Below are positions 38,651-45,991 of a DNA stretch of 64,000 nt, in pieces. The notes beneath the pieces are model-generated. The model was not told where the DNA came from. It made no database searches and saw nothing but the letters and a program-made list of their open reading frames with translations. Source of the stretch: Alphaproteobacteria bacterium (GTDB lineage Bacteria > Pseudomonadota > Alphaproteobacteria > Micavibrionales > Micavibrionaceae); the NCBI GenBank assembly GCA_028277665.1, contig JANQFU010000014.1, positions 4,926 through 68,925 of the forward strand, in the 5' to 3' direction. Made by a program: the position numbers and the translations under genes. Every line of letters begins with the position of its first letter. Positions within the stretch are counted from its first letter, which is position 1.

Positions 38651-39937
38651 ATGGGCGATTTAATAGTTGTAAAATTTGGAGGAACCTCTGTTAAAGATCC
38701 GGAGAGACTTCGGATTGCCGCACGAAAAGTTCAGGAAGAAGTCTGCCGCGGCAACCGTGTTGTGGTGGTTGTTTCCGCTAAAGCGGGCGTAACAAATGAT
38801 TTGATTCGTCAATTTGCTGAAGTTGCTGGCGATCATCCAAAAAACGATCCGTTTATGGCAGAAAGAGATGCAGTACTGGCAGCCGGTGAACAAATAAATG
38901 CAGCTCTGATGGCCGCCCAGTTACGTGTACTGGGATTGGAATCCCGATCTTTTCAGGCATGGCAGGCAGACATCTTCGCGACAGGTCCTCATGGCGCGGC
39001 GCAGATTGAAGGCGTATATGGTGGTTCCGGCGTCAAACATTATCTTGATAAGTATCTTTCCGGGGTTCCTGTAGTAACCGGTTTTCAGGCACTAACGAAA
39101 GAAAGGCGTATAGCTACATTTGAGAGGGGAGGCTCTGATTTAACGGCTGTTGTTCTTGCCATTCTCCTTCGTGCGAAACGTTGTGATATCTACACTGATG
39201 TAGATGCTGTCAGGACAGCCGATCCCCGGATAACTCCGGAAGCCTGTTCCTATGAACGAATAAGCTACCATGATATGCTTGGAATGGCTCAAGAGGGAGC
39301 AAAAGTCTTGGACAGAGCCTGCGTGGAAAGGGCAAAAAACGCGGGTTTGATAGTACAGGTATTGTCAAGCGCCTCTCACGTCCCGGTCGGGAGCGATCTG
39401 CCAGGTACGATCTTGTCCTCAGAATTGTCACGCTTGAAAGACGGACGTCCCGCAGTTTCCGTCTCGCAAAAGACCGGTTATACAAAAATACAGATTAAGT
39501 GGGCGGCAAACGATAGCAGGCTCAAATTCGCTGGTGCAGCTTTGCAGGGTCTTTCTTCTGAGATAATCACTTTTAGCGGAACTGAAGGAGGCTCCGTAAT
39601 AGAGTTCTCAGTAAAAAGCGAAGACGCTGGAAACGTTCAAGAACAAATTCGAAAAGCAATGTCTGGACAGAATGTCGAAATGACTGTCACAGAAAATCTG
39701 GCCAAAGTTTCCGTGACAGGCGAGATGCTTAAAACCTTGTCACAGGCCAGAATGGATGTGTTAGCGGCTTTAAAAGGTGAGGATATAGATGTCTCTTTAT
39801 TTTCAGCTTCTGACACAGTGATTAGCGTTCTGGTTTCGGAAGACAAGGTTGCGGACACGGTGGACACACTTCATCGGAGGTTCAGGTTTGAAGATCCTGT
39901 TCAGAAAACAGGGCCGGAATTACGAGGAAATTCCTGA
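38651..39937 (+). CDS. lysC: aspartate kinase
   Basis: VVKFGGTSV and VVVVSA kinase motifs with ACT-like repeats in the C-terminal third. G+C is markedly lower than the flanks. Confidence 0.85.
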   Translation: MGDLIVVKFGGTSVKDPERLRIAARKVQEEVCRGNRVVVVVSAKAGVTNDLIRQFAEVAGDHPKNDPFMAERDAVLAAGEQINAALMAAQLRVLGLESRSFQAWQADIFATGPHGAAQIEGVYGGSGVKHYLDKYLSGVPVVTGFQALTKERRIATFERGGSDLTAVVLAILLRAKRCDIYTDVDAVRTADPRITPEACSYERISYHDMLGMAQEGAKVLDRACVERAKNAGLIVQVLSSASHVPVGSDLPGTILSSELSRLKDGRPAVSVSQKTGYTKIQIKWAANDSRLKFAGAALQGLSSEIITFSGTEGGSVIEFSVKSEDAGNVQEQIRKAMSGQNVEMTVTENLAKVSVTGEMLKTLSQARMDVLAALKGEDIDVSLFSASDTVISVLVSEDKVADTVDTLHRRFRFEDPVQKTGPELRGNS

Positions 39938-39951
39938 TCTTTTCACGTTTT

Positions 39952-42810
39952 TTATGACGTTTTGTCAAAGAAGCTCCGAATTGTCGCCGCGGCATCGGAG
40001 AGCGCGCATTTCTCGATCGACACGCCCGGCGGGAAAGCTCCGTAGAGCTTGGAAGGGAGCATCGGGTCGAGCATGACGAACACGCCCCGGTCATCCGCGC
40101 GCCGGACGAGCCGTCCGAACGCCTGTTTGAGCTTGAGCCGGGTCAGCATTTCATCATAAGTGCGCCCGCCGAACGCTGTGCGCCGGGCCTTATGGACGAT
40201 TGAAGGCCGCGGCCAGGGCACACGGTCGAAAACGAGCAGGCGCAACGCCGCGCCCGGCACATCCACACCGTCGCGAATCGCATCCGTGCCGAGCAGGCAG
40301 GCATGCACATCGGCGCGGAAAACGTCCACGAGCGTCCCGGGATCCATATCATCGACATGTTGCGCATAGAGATTGATCCCCTTGCGGTCGAGCGGCGCGG
40401 CGATCCGCGCCCGCACGTCCTTCAGTCTCTGGATGGCGGTAAAAAGACCGAGGGCCCCGCCGCCGGACGCGAGGAACAAGGTCTCATAGGCAGCGGCAAT
40501 CTGGGCGGGATCGTCCCGCCGCACATCCGAGATAACGAAAACGCGGGTCTGATCGGCATAATGAAAGGGGGAGGGGAAATCCTCAACCCGGTCCGGCGCA
40601 CCGAGATAGACGCTTCCGGTCCGCTCTGCGGCGCGTTGCCAGTCGGCTTCATCTTCGCCGCTATCGTCGCGCAGGGAGGCGGATGTCATGACAAGCCCGT
40701 GCGTATTGCGCTTGAGTTCAACCGAAAAGGGCTGCATCGGATCGACCCAGTGCCGGTAATAGCCGAGATCGACGGGGTTTCCGTCCACTTTCTCAAGCGC
40801 GAACCAGTCTGCATATTCGGCAGGTTCGTGCCCGTCCAGCAAGTGGGAGAGCATATCGGCCCATGCGGCGATCATATGCCGCCCCCGCCGCTCGAGACTT
40901 TGCGAGATCGAATCCATGCGCCGCCGCGTATCGCCGGACAGCGTATCGCTGTGCTCCTGAATATGCTTTTGCATCAGGGAGGCCAGAGAGAGCATGGGTT
41001 TGTAGAGATGGGTCAACGCCGCGCGTAACTCCTTCGCGGCGGACAAAACCTCGGCCGCGGCCGGGTGACAGGGCGTCTCAAGGGAATAGGGCGTATCCGG
41101 TCCGCTCTTGCGGCTTATAATCTGGGCGTAAACGCAGGCCAGAAAAGTCTCGGCCGGTCCGGCCGGGGCCGGTGAGGCAACCGTGATTCGCTTGCTCCAT
41201 CCCTCGGCGGGCAGAGCCCGTGCCGCGTGCACGATTCGGTGGAGGCAGGATTCCATCTCGCCGTTTCCCTCAAGAAGATCCTCGATCCGGCGGCGCAGTC
41301 CCCGCGCGCGGGATTTACGGGCTCCCGCGCTGCCGCTCCCGCCACTGTCCAGCCCGAGAATCCACCGGCGCATATCATAGTTCTCCCGGCCGGTCAGATG
41401 CGCGGCAAAGGCCGAATCGGCGGCATCGAAAAGGTGATGGGCCTCATCAAAAACAATGCGTGTCGGGGGATGTTCATCCGCGCGCCCGGTCGCCAGAAGA
41501 TGCATCAAAAGCGCATGATTGGCGACAACGATATCCGCATGCGGCGTGCGCCGTGCGGCTTTTTCGATATAGCATTTATGATAATGCGGGCAGGCGGCAT
41601 AGACGCATTCTCCGCGCCGGTCGGCCAGACCCATCGTCAGAGTCCGCCCGAGCAGTCCGGAAAGCCAGCCCGGGAAATCGGCCCCGGTCAGGTCGCCGTC
41701 ATGACAGGCCGCCGCCCAGCGGACCATCAAGCCCGCCGCGACGGCCTGCATCGGATTGCGGGCAAGCGGCGCGGCCTTGGAGAGGTCTTCAAGGTTCAGA
41801 AGACAGAGATAATTCTCGCGGCCCTTGCGGACGGTCGCGTGATTGTCCCGCACGGCGGGATCGGGATACAGCCGGGCCAGTTCGCCGCCAATCTGACGCT
41901 GGAGGTTTTTGGTATAAGTTGAAAGCCAGACGGGGGCTTCATTCTTTTCGGCCCACAGGCTCGCCGGGGCAAGATAGCCGAGCGTTTTTCCGATGCCGGT
42001 CCCGGCCTGCGCGAGGACGACCCGCGGTTTGCCGGAGAGCTCCGGCGGGGCAAAAGCGGCGGTCAGGGCCGTGGCATAATCCTGTTGTCCTGCGCGGGTC
42101 TCTCCGGGCGTATCGGCGTTGCCGCCGTGCCCGCCGCGCTGCGCCAGAAGTTCGGCCAGCCGCGCGCGGGCCTCTTCACCGGTCACGGGATGATGATGTC
42201 CGGGCGGCGGCGGCGCATCTTCGGACCATTCGGGCAGGTGGTTCCAGACCTTGAACGCCCGCGCCGGATCCGGAGGCTTTGCCGGATCGTATTGCGCCCC
42301 GAGCGCGGCGAACACAAACGGTGTCCATCTCCATCCGCGCCCCTGCTGGCCCATCACATCCGCAATCTCAAGCGCGGGCGCGGTCTCGGACCAGATATCC
42401 CGGGAAAGATCACGCAAAAGAGCGAGCGTGGCCTCCATCATGACCATCGGTGCGTCTTCCGGGCTCTCCGGTTCAGGCAGGCCCAGAACCTGCGCAAGAC
42501 CGGCCGGCGTCGGTACACAAAAATGTCCGGGATGGACGAACGCAAACAACTCCAGAAGGTCGAAGGTCTCAAGAGAATCAATCCCCAGACGCTGTCGGGT
42601 CAGCGGCGCATGACAGACAATCGCCGGCCGCTGGCGCAAGATCATTGCGGCCTGTTCACGGGACAGGGCGCGGATCTCGCCGTCCTCGGCATCCATCACC
42701 CAGGCCTGCGAAGGGCTCGTATACAAAAACGGCGCATTCGGCAACACAGGGGCTGCTGAAGGGGATTGGGTCGTCTGCGGATGATCCGTATGCGATGAGG
42801 TCAATTGCAT
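39952..42810 (-). CDS. dinG: DinG/Rad3-family ATP-dependent DNA helicase (952 aa)
   Basis: Walker A AQAGTGIGKT, DEAH box FDEAHHL, an Fe-S type Cys cluster (YLCLLN ... CVYAACPHYHKC) and a C-terminal helicase domain (GVDVPGAALRLLVFDRVPW). Confidence 0.8.
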   Translation of the reverse strand: MQLTSSHTDHPQTTQSPSAAPVLPNAPFLYTSPSQAWVMDAEDGEIRALSREQAAMILRQRPAIVCHAPLTRQRLGIDSLETFDLLELFAFVHPGHFCVPTPAGLAQVLGLPEPESPEDAPMVMMEATLALLRDLSRDIWSETAPALEIADVMGQQGRGWRWTPFVFAALGAQYDPAKPPDPARAFKVWNHLPEWSEDAPPPPGHHHPVTGEEARARLAELLAQRGGHGGNADTPGETRAGQQDYATALTAAFAPPELSGKPRVVLAQAGTGIGKTLGYLAPASLWAEKNEAPVWLSTYTKNLQRQIGGELARLYPDPAVRDNHATVRKGRENYLCLLNLEDLSKAAPLARNPMQAVAAGLMVRWAAACHDGDLTGADFPGWLSGLLGRTLTMGLADRRGECVYAACPHYHKCYIEKAARRTPHADIVVANHALLMHLLATGRADEHPPTRIVFDEAHHLFDAADSAFAAHLTGRENYDMRRWILGLDSGGSGSAGARKSRARGLRRRIEDLLEGNGEMESCLHRIVHAARALPAEGWSKRITVASPAPAGPAETFLACVYAQIISRKSGPDTPYSLETPCHPAAAEVLSAAKELRAALTHLYKPMLSLASLMQKHIQEHSDTLSGDTRRRMDSISQSLERRGRHMIAAWADMLSHLLDGHEPAEYADWFALEKVDGNPVDLGYYRHWVDPMQPFSVELKRNTHGLVMTSASLRDDSGEDEADWQRAAERTGSVYLGAPDRVEDFPSPFHYADQTRVFVISDVRRDDPAQIAAAYETLFLASGGGALGLFTAIQRLKDVRARIAAPLDRKGINLYAQHVDDMDPGTLVDVFRADVHACLLGTDAIRDGVDVPGAALRLLVFDRVPWPRPSIVHKARRTAFGGRTYDEMLTRLKLKQAFGRLVRRADDRGVFVMLDPMLPSKLYGAFPPGVSIEKCALSDAAATIRSFFDKTS

Positions 42811-42847
42811 CCCTTTAGTTATCTAACGAATTGAAATAATAGTTTTT

Positions 42848-42999
42848 GAACCGCAGAGACGCAGAGAATAGGGAACAAACTAACAGCACCCGTCATCCCG
42901 GCGAAAGCCGGGATCCAGTTTGGATTTTTCTGGATCCCGGCTTTCGCCGGGATGACGGGAATTTTAACTTTCTTTATATCCTCTGCGTCTCTGCGGTTC
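42848..42999. repeat. 152-bp nested palindrome (composite MITE-like element)
   Basis: Outer arms are GAACCGCAGAGACGCAGAG (42848-) and CTCTGCGTCTCTGCGGTTC (-42999). The inner element (42889-42959) is CCCGTCATCCCGGCGAAAGCCGGGATCCAG...CTGGATCCCGGCTTTCGCCGGGATGACGGG. Confidence 0.95.
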
Positions 43000-43070
43000 A
43001 AAAAAATTATAAATCTCAACGGGTTATATCCCTTTTTGAGATGTGTTTAGGGGCATTGTGCACCACCCCA

Positions 43071-44297
43071 TCAGCTTTTTTTGTTTGTTTCCGGCGGCAT
43101 AAAAATCTCCGGGCCGGTTTCCGGCCAGTGCTCGACATAAAGAGACTGGCTCGGGAAGGCAAAGGACGCTCCGGCGCGGTTCTCGACAATATCCTTGACC
43201 TCGAACGCGAGGGCTTCCTTAATCTCCAGCCATTCTCCCCAGACCGTGCTTTTTGTAAAGCAATAAACCATAATATCGATAGAGGACGCATTAAAACTAT
43301 CGACGCGGACGAATGTCGAGACCTGATCCGGCGATGCAAAAGCAGGCGTCTCACGGATATAGTCCATGATTCCATCGCGGATGATCTTGAGTTGTGCGGT
43401 TGTCGTGCCGTAGGTCACGCCGATCGCCCAGTAAATCCGGCGGTGCGTCATGCGGGAGAAATTGGTCACAGCCGCGTCCGAAAGCTGGGCATTCGGGACA
43501 TGAACGGGGGCTTTGTCAAACCGGCGCACAAGCGTGGAGCGAAACCCGATATCCTCGACAACGCCTTCGACGACGCCGTCCACCCGGATCCAGTTCCCCG
43601 GCTCGAAACGCTTTTCGGCAAGGATCGTCAACCCGCCGATCAGGTTTTTAAAGAGGTCCTGCGCGCCGAGAGCGATCGCCGCACCGAACAGCCCCAGCCC
43701 GGCGAGGAGCGGCCCGACGGCAATCCCCCAGATCTCCAGAATAACCGCGCCGCCGATAAAGACGACCAGCACGCGCATGACCTTGAACAGCCACTGAACC
43801 ATCATCGGGGTCAGCATGCTCTGAAGGCCGCGCATGACATGGCTGAGCGGCTCGAACGCCCGGTAGACGGCCCAGAAAATCGTGAAAGCGATGAGGGAGC
43901 GCATCAGACGGGAGAAGAAGAGACCCAGCGTCTCATCAACCCCGCTATATTGCGCGGCAAAGAAAATCCCGACAATCACCGGGATGAACCTGATCGGCGG
44001 GATCAGGGCATCGACCACGCGGTCGTCGACATCCGTCGCCGTCTTGGCCGTCCAGTTATGCAGGCGCGTGAGAACATATTTCCCGAAAATATCCCGGAGC
44101 AAAAGCGCGGCAAAGAAAATCAGCAGGGCAATCAGAATATTCCCGATATCAATCCCGAACAGCCCGTTATGCCAGACCGAGGTCACTTCCCCCCAGAGCT
44201 TTTCCCAGTCTCCGGTAAGGATTTGTTCGGTGTCTGCCCCTCCGGTTTGCGCCCCGGAGTCTGGTGCCAAAATGTTTTGCATTTCAATCAAACTCAA
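43071..44297 (-). CDS. MscS-family mechanosensitive channel
   Basis: N-terminal TM helices, then the MscS core LIGGLTILAEKRFEPGNWIRVDGVVEGVVEDIGFRSTLVRRFDKAPVHVPNAQL. Confidence 0.85.
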   Translation of the reverse strand: MSLIEMQNILAPDSGAQTGGADTEQILTGDWEKLWGEVTSVWHNGLFGIDIGNILIALLIFFAALLLRDIFGKYVLTRLHNWTAKTATDVDDRVVDALIPPIRFIPVIVGIFFAAQYSGVDETLGLFFSRLMRSLIAFTIFWAVYRAFEPLSHVMRGLQSMLTPMMVQWLFKVMRVLVVFIGGAVILEIWGIAVGPLLAGLGLFGAAIALGAQDLFKNLIGGLTILAEKRFEPGNWIRVDGVVEGVVEDIGFRSTLVRRFDKAPVHVPNAQLSDAAVTNFSRMTHRRIYWAIGVTYGTTTAQLKIIRDGIMDYIRETPAFASPDQVSTFVRVDSFNASSIDIMVYCFTKSTVWGEWLEIKEALAFEVKDIVENRAGASFAFPSQSLYVEHWPETGPEIFMPPETNKKS

Positions 44298-44512
44298 ATC
44301 TCAAAAAAACGGAAAATCCACCCTTCATATCAGGTTTGTATTAGAAGATGTAGCGCAATTTAATAACCGCATATATTGGTTGACATAATATTGTGGTTCG
44401 TGTATCATGCTGATAGTGACCGAAAACAAATCCTGGCCAATGCCGTGGTCTTGAATTGAATTTTGTACAAAATTTAAGGGATTACTCCAATTATAAAAAG
44501 GAATACAAAAAA

Positions 44513-45157
44513 ATGGGAACGCCACGAAGAAATTTTTTATTCGCTGTCGCTGCTGTTGCCGCTGCCGCTGCCGCTGCCTATGGCGTCTCTAGGATTTCAG
44601 GACTGCAAATTTACGACGAGGATCAGATGCGGGACACGATCCGTCTTATGGCTGAAGACATTGTTTCCGGGTTTGAGAAGGCGTCTCCTGTTCTTTCTTC
44701 TCATCCTTATTTCATCCAATCCTATGGACTCGCTGCCGGTTTGGCAAAGCAAGGTGGCCTATTGAATGGTGATGAGTACGGAATAGACATAGCCCCGAAT
44801 GCACTGAACGCCGGGATTGCGCAATATTTACGGAGGTTGCCGCAGAGATTGCAGGATGCAAGATGCAACGCAGAATCTATCGGTTTCTCTCAACAACAGG
44901 CAGAATCAATCCATAAATTTGTTGATGATCGGATCGTCGGTGATTTCGCGGAGTACATAAAGCGGGCGGCAGAAATTGTGGAGTCCTGGCCATCAGAGCT
45001 TTCACGGGAAGATCTTTCCATAATTGTTCGAAAAGTTCAGTATGAGATGGAGATAGATTTCAGAAGAAACGCGCGGGAAGCTTATGTAGCACGCGAGCGG
45101 GGAGAGGCCCCCCCGGAAACAACTTGGGAGAAATCGCCATCATGTCCTTCACCGTAA
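44513..45157 (+). CDS. hypothetical protein with twin-arginine-like signal
   Basis: MGTPRRNFLFAVAAVAAAAAAAYG matches the Tat-type RRxFL motif plus an Ala-rich h-region. The rest is unrecognised. The gene is lower in GC. Confidence 0.45.
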   Translation: MGTPRRNFLFAVAAVAAAAAAAYGVSRISGLQIYDEDQMRDTIRLMAEDIVSGFEKASPVLSSHPYFIQSYGLAAGLAKQGGLLNGDEYGIDIAPNALNAGIAQYLRRLPQRLQDARCNAESIGFSQQQAESIHKFVDDRIVGDFAEYIKRAAEIVESWPSELSREDLSIIVRKVQYEMEIDFRRNAREAYVARERGEAPPETTWEKSPSCPSP

Positions 45158-45168
45158 AGCTGTAAGGG

Positions 45169-45909
45169 CTATCTCTCAAACAGGGTCTGGTAAAAGACGT
45201 AAGCACCGTCCCATGACCCGCCGGTGATCTTATAGCATCCGGCACTGGCGCGTTCCAGAGCTGTGCCGTCCGCGTTATCCCCGACAAGGACCGTATGCGT
45301 GCTCGAGATTGTCCCGATCCACGGCGTCAGGCCGATGCTCTCGACGGGAAGGTTGTCGCCGGCCGGAAGATCGAGCATCCGGTTGATCTGGGTGCAAATG
45401 CCTTTGCGGATCCCGGGCAGGGCAATCAGGATATCGACATTCCCCGTCCCGCAGGACGAGGTTCCGGAGCCGACCCCGGCGATGCAGTTATCATGCGTAA
45501 AAACCCACTCCCCATAACCGGAGACGCTGCTAAAACCTTTATCGAGCCAGAGCGGTTTGGGTGTGGAATAGGTCAGGCCGCCGCCCGCCTTGTCGTAAAC
45601 CTTGCATCCGCTATTGTCGCAATTCGGGTTCGTGTAACCGGACAAGGCCGAGGTATCAAAGCTAATTTGCGACTCGCCAAGTCCTCGGATCTGCATCTGC
45701 CGGACGGTTTGTTCAATTCCCTTTGCTGTGCGCATCATATCGCTGGCGGCGATTCGCTCCCGCTCGACATCGCCGCTCTGGTTGACGCTGGAGCCCGATC
45801 GGGAAATGACGATTGTCAGCGCGGCCAGCAGGACGATCGCCATCAGGATAAACCAGAGCGCATTCCCGCTCTCTTGTCTGGAGGCATGGGTATGGGCATG
45901 GTCGGGCAT
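45169..45909 (-). CDS. non-canonical pilin-like protein
   Basis: A short polar leader ends in SG, followed by the hydrophobic helix NALWFILMAIVLLAALTIVISRS, then a Cys-containing globular part. It lacks the canonical Phe+1/Glu+5. It is the last gene of the flhF-flhG operon. The start at 45909 follows GGGGAAGAG. Confidence 0.4.
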   Translation of the reverse strand: MPDHAHTHASRQESGNALWFILMAIVLLAALTIVISRSGSSVNQSGDVERERIAASDMMRTAKGIEQTVRQMQIRGLGESQISFDTSALSGYTNPNCDNSGCKVYDKAGGGLTYSTPKPLWLDKGFSSVSGYGEWVFTHDNCIAGVGSGTSSCGTGNVDILIALPGIRKGICTQINRMLDLPAGDNLPVESIGLTPWIGTISSTHTVLVGDNADGTALERASAGCYKITGGSWDGAYVFYQTLFER

Positions 45910-45991
45910 CTTTTTCTCTTCCCCTGTGTACGAATTGTGCACGAATAATGAATTTCGCAAAGTATGCCAAAGATGCAGGCCGCACACCAGA

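Noticed and set aside
42819-43019. 66-aa ORF (…VIPAKAGIQKNPNWIPAFAGMTG…), plus ORFs 30106-30315, 30366-30563 and 29970-30219.
   Set aside because: They are translations of the palindromic repeat modules. The same peptide strings would arise wherever the repeat occurs, and there is no RBS or coding signal.
42846-44363. 505-aa plus-strand ORF starting MNRRDAENRE...
   Set aside because: It starts inside the 152-bp palindrome and then runs antisense to the clearly recognisable MscS channel gene. The N-terminal peptide is just the translated repeat.
45956-45969. Sigma-54-like promoter (minus strand reads TGGCATACTTTGCG) upstream of the pilin-like gene.
   Set aside because: Only 8 nt separate the GG and GC dinucleotides instead of the required 10, so it does not fit the -24/-12 geometry.
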